Of a stretch of DNA of 64,000 bases, positions 39,881 to 48,621 are shown piece after piece. Under the pieces are notes generated by a model that was not told the origin of the DNA, ran no database searches, and saw only the letters and a list, made by a program, of their open reading frames with translations. Numbering within the stretch: position 1 is the stretch's first letter; each line of letters starts with the position of its first letter. This DNA is from Acidobacteriota bacterium (lineage in GTDB: Bacteria; Acidobacteriota; UBA6911; RPQK01; JADFOI01): assembly GCA_963663035.1 (NCBI GenBank), contig OY760074.1:3424001-3488000 (forward strand), given 5' to 3'. The translations under genes were made by a program, and so were the position numbers.

Positions 39881-41296
39881 CTAGAAGAAACGCCAGAGCC
39901 ACCATTTTTCAAAGCCAACCTTCGCCCAGTAGATCAGCTGGGAAGGTCCCCAGGCACGACTCTCAGCCGCACCAAAGGGAGGCCAGCCAGCCGGATAGAC
40001 GGTGCGATTTGCAGCGGCGCGACCCGCGCCGAAAGCCAGCAGTCATAGGGTGTGCAGGCGGAAGTTTGTGGGTTCTCCATTACCTGTTATTTCCACCGTC
40101 AGGTTGTGAGCTACCACTTCAGCTTGTTGATGAGCGACGCCGCCCGCGCAGTCACCGATGCAGTACACATTGCCCCAACGAGTCATCGATTTGGAGACCG
40201 GCATGTTCGCGCAGTCGTAGTACACATTGCCCCAACGAGTCATCAGGGTATCGTAGTCCACCCCCGCTTGTGTCTCGACCAGGCTGCTGTCCAGCAGCAC
40301 CTGAGCCGGTTGATGGGGTGGAACCAGAAAAAGCAGATCGTATGGGAGTTCGTAGCCGTAAAGGGCCTTGACGACTTTGCGCTGGGAATCGATGGACTGA
40401 ACCGAAAATGAGTAATGTTGCTGGACTCCTCTCTTCTTGCTCTGCGCGTCCATCCACACCGCCGGAGTGCGATCTTCTCCTGCCGGCTCCGGGTTGGGAG
40501 TAAAAAATTCGATCTGTACCTTTTCGCGCAGCCCTCGGTCTTGGAAGTAACTGTCCAGCATCCACTGGGCTTCGTAGGGTGCAGGAGGGCACCGGTAGGG
40601 CCCGGGTGGAACTCCTACTAGAATCCGACCCTCTTGAAAGGATTCAAGAGTCTTTCGCAAGCGCAGCGTGGCCTCCAGCTCCCAGCTGTGTTGAGCCGCC
40701 TCGGTAAAGCCCGGAAGCAGCTCCGGTGCCGTACGCAGGCCCAGTGAGATGATCAGGTAGTCATAGGAGATGGGCCCGCTGTCCAGCAGGACCTCCTGGC
40801 GCTTGGGGTCGATCCCCTCAATTTCGGCCTGGATCACTTGGACATTGCGTTGCTCAAGCTTTTTTAGCTTGCGCACGATATCGTTCGGTTGTCTCTGCCC
40901 CACCATCAAGAAAAGGAAGCCCGGCATGAAGATGTGTTCGGTCCGTCGATCGATCAATATCACGTCGTGATCCTTGCCCAGATTGATCCCCAGCTGTGTC
41001 GCGGCTACCAGGCCTCCACTTCCACCTCCCAGCACCAGGATCTTGCGGCGCTTGGTTGTGGGCGGCTTCGGTGTCATGAGATGGAGATCGTTGAGCCGAC
41101 GCTGGCGCCACAACCGTTGGTCTTCCACGCCCTCCTGGGTCATTTCGCTGGCGAACTCCGAGGTGGAACTCAGGAGAAAGGAGACAAAGGAATCTGACAT
41201 CTGCCTGATTGGCTCCAGCAGATGATTCGACCTGAGCGCGAATAAAAAGATTGCCACTGCAAAGAACAGACCGATCGCCAAAATCGAAGTTAGCAC
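39881..41296 (-). CDS. Sulfide:quinone oxidoreductase-like FAD flavoprotein, putative selenoprotein (in-frame TGA at 40043-40045)
   Basis: GGGSGG FAD motif, YRCPPAPYE, IGDCA. Reading through the TGA gives a further 53 aa ending YWAKVGFEKWWLWRFF before TAG at 39881-39883. Confidence 0.75.
40015..40031 (-). promoter_or_regulatory. Candidate bacterial SECIS hairpin
   Basis: CGGCGCG-GGT-CGCGCCG starts 11 nt after the TGA; G at the first loop position. Confidence 0.6.
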
Positions 41297-41343
41297 AAGT
41301 CCTCCAGGTAATTGTCCATTCGGCAGCGACGAAGTGAGCCCGG

Positions 41344-42324
41344 CTAGCGGATGAAAGTGTCTTCTTTTCCGAGATTAGCGACAACTTCGCTCAAGGAAAC
41401 CTCCGCTGGGTCCCCCTTCTCGAGCAAGCCAATCTGACGCAAGAATTCTCCGATCTGAGCGTGATCTCTAGGTGTAACCGGTTTGAAAGGAGGGACTGGG
41501 TCTCCGAGATCCAGGCCGAAGTGCTTCATGGCTGATTTCATGATGGGCGGCAGACCATAGGCTGCCCACTTGGCCGGGAACATGGAGTAGAATCGTTGCC
41601 AGTACTGCGCCCGTTCGTGATCTCCCTCGCGGAAGGCCTTAACCACCTGAGCACCGATTCGAGTCCCGGGGGGTGGCATGGTGGCACCGGAGCCGCCCAT
41701 CACCAGCGTCATCAAAAGCGGCTGCATGGTGGTGAAATAAAGAGCGTTCCCGCTTAACTGTATTTCTTCGATCATCCGGGTGATCTTAATGATGTCGCGT
41801 GAACTCTCCTTAAAAGCGGAGACGTTGAAAATGGTACTCAGCTGAATGGTATTTTCCATGTTTGGATCAGCGCCGGGACCTGGATTATGGTAGGCGACGA
41901 TCGGCAAGGGGCTGGCCAGGGCCACCTCGCTAAAGTAATCGACCAACTCCTGCATGGCAGGCTGACCTCCCCAGGGCCGCAGCGGCATCAGGACCTGTAC
42001 CATGTCAGCGTCCAGGCTGGCACAGTATTCGGCCAGCTCAATCACCTTTCCGTGGGCAGGGTGGGAGGCGCCAAGGATCACCGGGATGCGTTTGCCAACC
42101 ATCTCGGTTGCCCGACGCATCAACTCTTTCCGCTCTTCCAGAGACAGGACCGTGTACTCCGCGGCCTCGACTGCGGCGATGGAAATCGCATCGGCGTCCT
42201 CCACGATGAAGTCGATTTCTTTCTCCAGGGCGTGGTAGTCAATGTTTCCCTCCTGGTCAAACGGGGTCAAGCAGGCACCGATGATGCCGTTTATCGAAGG
42301 AAGTGATGGCGGCTGAGTTTTCAT
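41344..42324 (-). CDS. Dihydrodipicolinate synthase/N-acetylneuraminate lyase family aldolase (divergent)
   Basis: LTPFDQEG.ID, LSLEERK, AYHNP, FKESS Schiff-base Lys. Confidence 0.8.
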   Translation of the reverse strand: MKTQPPSLPSINGIIGACLTPFDQEGNIDYHALEKEIDFIVEDADAISIAAVEAAEYTVLSLEERKELMRRATEMVGKRIPVILGASHPAHGKVIELAEYCASLDADMVQVLMPLRPWGGQPAMQELVDYFSEVALASPLPIVAYHNPGPGADPNMENTIQLSTIFNVSAFKESSRDIIKITRMIEEIQLSGNALYFTTMQPLLMTLVMGGSGATMPPPGTRIGAQVVKAFREGDHERAQYWQRFYSMFPAKWAAYGLPPIMKSAMKHFGLDLGDPVPPFKPVTPRDHAQIGEFLRQIGLLEKGDPAEVSLSEVVANLGKEDTFIR

Positions 42325-42336
42325 GATTCCTCAAGA

Positions 42337-42365
42337 ACTCTAGAAACCCAGATCCGGTTTGTCAA
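42337..42365 (-). promoter_or_regulatory. sigma70-type promoter
   Basis: TTGACA-N17-TAGAGT on the minus strand. Confidence 0.5.
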
Positions 42366-42431
42366 GGGTCCCCCAATAAGGGTCCCAGCTTCCAGTTCCA
42401 AGTTTAGAATCTGACTTCTGGATTCTTCTTC

Positions 42432-42456
42432 TGTCAGTTGTCAGTTGTCAGTTGTC
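42432..42456. repeat. Heptamer tandem repeat (TGTCAGT)x3.5
   Basis: Read directly from the sequence; same family as 55266..55304. Confidence 0.8.
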
Positions 42457-42496
42457 TATTGCCTGTGGTATTTCTTACCGTGAGGTATAACCTACA

Positions 42497-43501
42497 ATGA
42501 TGAAAATCGATGTCTTTAACCACATTTTAACCCCCAAGTTTAATGAAGAGCGCCTCAAGCACGCGCCCCCTGAGTTGAGTTCGATCCTGGCAGCACGTAT
42601 CAAAAACATCCCTGCCTTGTGGGATCTCGATACGAGATTCAAGATCATGGATATGTTTGAGGATTATGTGCAGGTGCTGACACTGGCCAATCCTCCGCTG
42701 GAGGTGCTTGCGGGGCCGGAGGAGGCCTTGGAACTTGCCCGCATCGGCAACGATGAGATGGCTGAGCTTGTGGCCAAATATCCTGATCGTTTCGTGGCCG
42801 CAGTGGCCTCGATTCCCATGAACAATGTGGATGGGGCTCTGCAAGAGATGGACCGGGCGATCAATGATCTGGGGTTGAAAGGTGTGCAGATTTTTTCGCC
42901 CATGAAGGGGCGTGCCCTCGATCATCCTGACTTCTTACCGGTCTTTGAGAAAATCGCAGGATACGACCTGCCGATTTTGCTTCATCCGGCAAGGAATTTC
43001 CGATTCGCCGATTATCCTGCTGAGGATGAGTCCCAAGTTGCAATCTGGCATATCTTTGGCTGGCCCTACGACACAGCCGCAGCCATGACCCGGCTGGTGC
43101 TTTGGGGAATATTCGACAAGTTTCCGAATCTAAAAATCATTACCCATCATTTGGGTGGTCTCGTACCCTTTACGGAGGGAAGAATCCTGTCGGGATATGA
43201 CAAGCTGGCCAAAACCCCGAAGGGGAAGAGCTTGCTGGATCGACTTGAAAAGCATCCCCATGAGTACTTCCGAATGTTCTATGCAGACACGGTAACCAAT
43301 GGATCACTTGCAGCCCTGGAGTGTGGAGTGGATTTTTTTGGCGCGGATCAGGTCGTGTTTGCTACGGACCATCCTTTTGACTCGGAAGGCGGCGCCGGGT
43401 ATGTTCGCGACACCATCAGTGCTCTAAGCGGGCTGACGGCTTCGGACGAAGACAAGAAGAAGATCTACCAAGAAAATGCGAAGCGCTTGTTCAAGCTGTA
43501 G
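42497..43501 (+). CDS. Amidohydrolase_2 family protein (ACMSD/LigW-like decarboxylase or hydratase)
   Basis: IDVFNH, LHP, HHLGG, FATDHPF, NAKRLF. Confidence 0.85.
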   Translation: MMKIDVFNHILTPKFNEERLKHAPPELSSILAARIKNIPALWDLDTRFKIMDMFEDYVQVLTLANPPLEVLAGPEEALELARIGNDEMAELVAKYPDRFVAAVASIPMNNVDGALQEMDRAINDLGLKGVQIFSPMKGRALDHPDFLPVFEKIAGYDLPILLHPARNFRFADYPAEDESQVAIWHIFGWPYDTAAAMTRLVLWGIFDKFPNLKIITHHLGGLVPFTEGRILSGYDKLAKTPKGKSLLDRLEKHPHEYFRMFYADTVTNGSLAALECGVDFFGADQVVFATDHPFDSEGGAGYVRDTISALSGLTASDEDKKKIYQENAKRLFKL

Positions 43502-43531
43502 CCCGAATTTCTCAACCCGAAAGGAAAGCTC

Positions 43532-44971
43532 ATGAGTCCTTCATTGGAATGCGGCGAAGCACAGCTGTTTATTGGAGGGCGCTGGGTAGGCGGAGGGTCC
43601 CCGCTAGAGGTTCGCAACAAGTACAACGGAGAGGTTATCGCCAGCTTGCCGACGGCCCGGGAAGAGGAGGTGGAGGCTTCCATTGCAGCGGCCTGTAAAT
43701 GCGCTCCTGTAATGGCAGCGATGCCGGCCCACAAGAGAAGCGAAGTTCTGGAGCGCACGGCCTTGCTGATTCGAGAGCAGCGTGAGGAGATCGCCCGGAC
43801 CATTGCACTGGAAGCCGGAAAAGCTTTGAAGTTCGCACGCGTTGAGGTGGACCGAGCTGTGAGTACCTTCTCGATTGCCGCACAAGAGGCGGGACGCATT
43901 CACGGAGAAACAGTACCCTTGGACGCTGTGCCAGCCGGAGAGGGTTTCTTTGGTTTTTATGTTCGCCGCCCGGTGGGAGTGGTGGTTGCCATTGGTCCCT
44001 TTAACTTTCCCCTCAACCTGGTAGCCCACAAAGTGGCACCGGCCATTGCGGCTGGCAACAGCGTCGTGCTGAAACCGGCCAGTAGCACGCCAATGACCTC
44101 CGTGATGCTGTGCCGAATTCTGGAAAAGGCGGGACTGCCTGCGGGCGGCATCAATCTGGTGGTTGGATCGGGGAGCACGGTGGGAGAGTGGCTGGTGCGT
44201 GATCCCCGGGTGGCAAAGGTGACATTCACGGGCAGCCCGGAAGTGGGAGAACGGATCACACAGATAGCAGGGATCAAGAAAATCACTCTTGAACTGGGCA
44301 ACACCTCGCCCGTGATTGTGGCTTCTGATGCTGATCTGGACTTAGTGGCAAAGCGCTGTGCCGTGGGCGCCTATTATAATTCAGGTCAGGTGTGCCTGTC
44401 GGTACAACGGATTTACGGCGACCGGGCGATTTTTGAGCCTTTCACGGAAAAATTCGTGGAATCCAGCCAGGCGATGGTGGTCGGTGATCCCCTGGATGAG
44501 GCGGTCGACGTGGGACCCATGATCGACCAAGGCGAGGCTGAGCGAATCGAGGGTTGGGTTGCTGAGGCCACCGAAGGTGGCGCGGAGGTCTTGACGGGGG
44601 GACGGCGCGAAGGGTCCGTTTACTGGCCCACGGTCCTGACGAATGTGAAGCCGGAAATGAAGGTGGTCAAGGAAGAAACGTTTGCTCCAGTCGCCAGCTT
44701 GATCCCTTACGATGACTTCGAGGAAGCGCTTCGCCAGGCGGATGCCACCGAATACGGGCTGCAGGCCGCAGTCTTTACCCAGGATGTCGGCCGCGTGTTC
44801 CAGGCTATCCGAAGCCTGAACTTCGGTGGGGTGATTATCAACGACACGCCCACCTTTCGCGCCGATCATATGCCCTACGGAGGCCTTGGCCGAAGTGGAA
44901 TCGGCCGAGAGGGATTGCGCTATGCTGTGGAAGAGATGACCAACATTCAGATGGTGGCAATTCGCTGTTGA
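43532..44971 (+). CDS. Aldehyde dehydrogenase family protein
   Basis: PFNFP, FTGS, LELG, GQVC catalytic Cys, EETFAP, SGIGREG. Confidence 0.95.
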   Translation: MSPSLECGEAQLFIGGRWVGGGSPLEVRNKYNGEVIASLPTAREEEVEASIAAACKCAPVMAAMPAHKRSEVLERTALLIREQREEIARTIALEAGKALKFARVEVDRAVSTFSIAAQEAGRIHGETVPLDAVPAGEGFFGFYVRRPVGVVVAIGPFNFPLNLVAHKVAPAIAAGNSVVLKPASSTPMTSVMLCRILEKAGLPAGGINLVVGSGSTVGEWLVRDPRVAKVTFTGSPEVGERITQIAGIKKITLELGNTSPVIVASDADLDLVAKRCAVGAYYNSGQVCLSVQRIYGDRAIFEPFTEKFVESSQAMVVGDPLDEAVDVGPMIDQGEAERIEGWVAEATEGGAEVLTGGRREGSVYWPTVLTNVKPEMKVVKEETFAPVASLIPYDDFEEALRQADATEYGLQAAVFTQDVGRVFQAIRSLNFGGVIINDTPTFRADHMPYGGLGRSGIGREGLRYAVEEMTNIQMVAIRC

Positions 44972-45061
44972 GGTGTGAAGACAGGGAAACTATGCTATCC
45001 TTGGGCCCAACAATGACCGTTGATTCCGAGATGGTGTGTGGTAGTAGGAGGAGGGGGTCCG

Positions 45062-45778
45062 ATGTATAAGACTCTATTTAAAGCTTTTCTGATGCTGAGC
45101 TTGGCAACGGTTCATGTGGTTCAAGGCTATGCCCAGGACCAGATGACGACCGTAACCTTAGCTTCTCCCCAGGCCATGCCGGGAAATAGAACCTACGTGA
45201 CCTCCCTGCTCACCAATTCAGCAGAAATCTCAGTCTATCACCTCCAGCATCGGCTTGAGTTTCCGCAAGATAAACTGACCCTTGTCAGCACGCGACTCGG
45301 CATCGCTGCGAATCTCGCCAATGCGGTTCTGACGGTGGAGCTCCAGGAAGAGGCAGGATCCGATGAGGGCATGCCGGAAGCAAGATCGGGGGATGAGGCC
45401 CTCTCAGAGGGTGAAAGATCAGAGGGTGAAGGAATGATCGCTGAAGGTGAAGCGATGGTCGCGGAAGGTGAGGCGCTGATCGCAGCGGGTAAGGCGATTT
45501 TAGGGGTACCGGCGGAAGCGAGTGATGGTGAGACCGCGGTCCTTATCCTGACGATAAAAGGGGACCAGGCCTTTCCCGACGGTCCGATTGTGGAGGTCAC
45601 TTTTGATGTGGCACATATCGTGCCTCAGACCATTGTCTTGCCCCACCAGCTGGAAGCCTTCGATGAGCAGGGGGAGAAGATTTCAGATGTCGTCTTTTCC
45701 GACGCAGAACTGCACGTCTCTGCTGATCAGCCTGACCTGCCTCCCGCCATTTTCGCCTGCCTTTTCTATATGCACTAG
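45062..45778 (+). CDS. Exported cohesin-like protein with an acidic repeat insertion and C-terminal ACLFYMH
   Basis: Signal peptide ending GYA; LEFP, GIAANLANA, FPDGPIVEVTFDV; paralogue of 9876..10445. Confidence 0.6.
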   Translation: MYKTLFKAFLMLSLATVHVVQGYAQDQMTTVTLASPQAMPGNRTYVTSLLTNSAEISVYHLQHRLEFPQDKLTLVSTRLGIAANLANAVLTVELQEEAGSDEGMPEARSGDEALSEGERSEGEGMIAEGEAMVAEGEALIAAGKAILGVPAEASDGETAVLILTIKGDQAFPDGPIVEVTFDVAHIVPQTIVLPHQLEAFDEQGEKISDVVFSDAELHVSADQPDLPPAIFACLFYMH

Positions 45779-45783
45779 GCTCT

Positions 45784-46776
45784 TTAGATCTTAAATGAGT
45801 CCAGGGTGTTGGGTGCAAAAAGAGTGTCAAAGGGAGGAGCTTCTTCAATCATTCCCTGCTCGACAGCATAGCGGGATAGGATCTCGACCGTTTCCCGGTT
45901 GTGATCGACTCCATTGGCCCAGGCTTGAGCTCCCAGAAGTGCCCGTTCCTCCTCCAGGTATTGCTGCAGCCAGGCCAGCTGGTAGCGCACTGCCGGAGCG
46001 CCGTAAACCCCAGCCAATGAGAGCTCTTGAGCCTCATTGAAAGCTTTATAAAGGCTCCCCGCCAGCCAGGGATGCGCATCGTAAAGCGCTTGGCGGATAG
46101 CCACCGTGTGCATGATGGGAAAAATGCCTGTGCGTCGAAAGTAATCTTTCTCGACTTCCATAGGATTTTCGAATAGACGCTTCACCTGCGGCGAGCGCCG
46201 TAAGAAGGGTGACGGTGTCCTGGCTGCAATGACGGCATCCAGTTCTCCCTCTTCCAGCATAGAGCTCAAGGTTTTGTCACTGGGAATCCGCTCCACCTGA
46301 ATCTCGGGGGGAAGCTGGAGAGGTATTCGCTCCTCACGTCCGGGCCTTTCCTGGCCCCCAGTGTACCAATGTACATCAGAAGCTCTTACCCCATGGTCAT
46401 CGGAGAGAATGCCTTTGACCCAAACAATGGCCGTCATCTGGTACTCCCCGACTCCCACGCGACGTCCTTTCAGATCCTCTGGCTTTTCAATGTCGGCAGC
46501 GCTGTTGACATAGAGAGCGGAATGTCGAAACATTCGTGAGGGAAAAACCGGAATGGCTATAAAGTCCTCTCTGCCCTGGGCTCGGCTGGTGATATAGGAG
46601 GCAAGTGACAGCTCAGAGACGTCGAACTCTTGATGGCGCACCATGCGAAAGAAGAGCTCCTCGGGTTCCAGTGGCACAAAGGTCAAGTTCACACCTTCAG
46701 GCTGGACACGACCGTCCTTGAGTGCCGCCACCCGGTCGTAATCTCCACAGGCCAGTGTTACTCTAAGTCTGCCCAT
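45784..46776 (-). CDS. 4,5-dihydroxyphthalate decarboxylase family protein (periplasmic-binding-protein fold)
   Basis: LACGDYDR, FDVSELS, PVFPSRMFRHS, TGIFPIMH. Confidence 0.85.
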   Translation of the reverse strand: MGRLRVTLACGDYDRVAALKDGRVQPEGVNLTFVPLEPEELFFRMVRHQEFDVSELSLASYITSRAQGREDFIAIPVFPSRMFRHSALYVNSAADIEKPEDLKGRRVGVGEYQMTAIVWVKGILSDDHGVRASDVHWYTGGQERPGREERIPLQLPPEIQVERIPSDKTLSSMLEEGELDAVIAARTPSPFLRRSPQVKRLFENPMEVEKDYFRRTGIFPIMHTVAIRQALYDAHPWLAGSLYKAFNEAQELSLAGVYGAPAVRYQLAWLQQYLEEERALLGAQAWANGVDHNRETVEILSRYAVEQGMIEEAPPFDTLFAPNTLDSFKI

Positions 46777-46829
46777 CGACCGCTCCTTTGCTCTTGAGCT
46801 CCTCAGATAGATTCTCGGGAAGAAGCAAG

Positions 46830-46858
46830 ATCATAGAATCGGGCCTGTGAATTGTCAA
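46830..46858 (-). promoter_or_regulatory. sigma70-type promoter
   Basis: TTGACA-N17-TATGAT on the minus strand. Confidence 0.65.
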
Positions 46859-46871
46859 CTTGAAGGAAAGA

Positions 46872-46919
46872 GCCAAGGGCTTGTTCGTCAGTCTGGCCAA
46901 GGGCTTGTTCGTCAGTCTG
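46872..46919. repeat. Perfect 24-bp tandem duplication
   Basis: GCCAAGGGCTTGTTCGTCAGTCTG x2. Confidence 0.9.
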
Positions 46920-46954
46920 ATAGTGATATACTGTAAGTCTGATGAGGGTTGTAG

Positions 46955-48583
46955 ATGCAAAATAGACTGGGCACTTTTTTGACTATTACCGTTCTTACAG
47001 CTGCACTGCTGGGAGGGTGGTTAGGTGGACCACTGGGTGCCAGTCCACCTTCGGAAGCTGACACCGATCGGTTGCTCAAGATGTTCTCAGAGGCACTGGC
47101 GGTGATTCGAGAGCACTATGTGGAGCCGATTCCCACCGAAGAACTGGTGGAAAGCGCCGTGCGAGGCATGCTGCGAACTCTGGATCCCCATAGCTCTTTT
47201 TTCAGCACTTCTGACTACAATAAGCTTCAAGAGGAACAACGAGGAAGATATTACGGCTTGGGGATCAGTATCCGTGCAGAGTCTCCGGGAAGCGGCAGGG
47301 TAGTGGTCACGGAACCTCCTGCTCTTGGAACTCCAGCCTATAAGGTTGGATTAAGAGCTGGGGATACTATCTCCAAGATCGAAGGTGAGCCAATCGGTGA
47401 CTGGGATCTCAATGACGAGGTTATCCCCCATTTGAAAGGTCCCAAGGGGACAGAAGTCAATATCACGGTTGAACGTCCCGGAGAAACAGAACCGCTCGAA
47501 CTCACCGTGGTACGTGACGAGATCCCCATGTATACCATCAAATACGTCTTCCGTATTGGCGATGACATTGGCTACGTCAGAATCGAGAGATTTTCGGAAA
47601 CAACCGGGAAGGAGCTGACCGAGTCTCTGGAGAAGTTGGACGAGAAAAGCTTAAAGGGGTTGATCCTGGATCTGCGTAACAATCCAGGTGGTGCCCTGAA
47701 CCAGGCTTTGGCCGTTTCGGATCGCTTTTTGGGCAACGGCCAGGTCATTGTGGTGACCAAGGACAGGCATGGCGAAGGACGGGAGTTTCGTACTCAACAG
47801 GGAACTGAGTACGATTATCCAATGGTCGTCTTGATCAACGAAAGTAGTGCCAGCGCAAGCGAGATCGTATCCGGAGCCTTGCAGGATCACGATCGAGCCC
47901 TTATCGTTGGTGAAACGAGTTTTGGCAAAGCCCTGGTGCAGACCATCTACCCCTTGGAAGGCAATAGGGGGCTGGCGTTGACGACTGGGCGATACTACAC
48001 ACCGAGTAACCGGTTGATCCAACGCGATTACTCCAGTAGTTTCTACGACTATTTATATAGCCGTCAAGATACAACTCAAACCGGAACTGAGGCCCATTTC
48101 ACCGACAGTGGGCGAACCGTGTTCGCAGGCGGAGGAATCACGCCTGACGAGAAAGTTGGCCTGGGAAGCTCCACTAAGCTGGTGACAGTGATTGAGCGAG
48201 AGAGATTGTTTTCTGAGTTTGTGGATGAACTGATACAAGGGAAGATCCAATCCGACATCCGTTATCAGTTCAGCTCTGAAGAACGCATTAATTTGACGGC
48301 TGAAGAGCGGGAACAGCTCATACCGCAGCTGGTGATATCGGATGAAACCCTTCGGCTCTTTAAGAATTTCTTGCACAGCCACCAGGTGGACTTGACTGAC
48401 CAGAGTTTTGAAGAGAGCAGCCGCTTGATTGAAAATAGACTGAAGCAGCAGCTGTTTCTAGTCCTGTTGGGTCTTGAAGAGAGCGAAAGGGTTTCTCTCG
48501 AGGTCGATCAACAGGTGCTCAAAGCCATCGAGCTTCTCCCCGAGGCTACCGCCTTGATTCAGAATAACCTTGTGAAACACTAA
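46955..48583 (+). CDS. S41A carboxyl-terminal processing protease (PDZ)
   Basis: LDPHS, DLRNNPGG, SASASEIVSGALQD, SFGKALVQ. Confidence 0.95.
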   Translation: MQNRLGTFLTITVLTAALLGGWLGGPLGASPPSEADTDRLLKMFSEALAVIREHYVEPIPTEELVESAVRGMLRTLDPHSSFFSTSDYNKLQEEQRGRYYGLGISIRAESPGSGRVVVTEPPALGTPAYKVGLRAGDTISKIEGEPIGDWDLNDEVIPHLKGPKGTEVNITVERPGETEPLELTVVRDEIPMYTIKYVFRIGDDIGYVRIERFSETTGKELTESLEKLDEKSLKGLILDLRNNPGGALNQALAVSDRFLGNGQVIVVTKDRHGEGREFRTQQGTEYDYPMVVLINESSASASEIVSGALQDHDRALIVGETSFGKALVQTIYPLEGNRGLALTTGRYYTPSNRLIQRDYSSSFYDYLYSRQDTTQTGTEAHFTDSGRTVFAGGGITPDEKVGLGSSTKLVTVIERERLFSEFVDELIQGKIQSDIRYQFSSEERINLTAEEREQLIPQLVISDETLRLFKNFLHSHQVDLTDQSFEESSRLIENRLKQQLFLVLLGLEESERVSLEVDQQVLKAIELLPEATALIQNNLVKH

Positions 48584-48621
48584 TCTGAACCCGTGAATTC
48601 CATTATTTAACGTGGGGTAGT

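Noticed and set aside
40145-40244. Direct repeats as a mini CRISPR array or DGR template/variable pair
   Set aside because: There are only two copies, inside a CDS, with no cas or reverse transcriptase gene and no adenine-specific differences.
44966-44974. ALDH ends Cys-TGA-Gly, resembling a thioredoxin-reductase C-U-G tail
   Set aside because: The stop is at the normal ALDH C-terminus, I saw no SECIS-like hairpin, and the read-through sequence is unremarkable.
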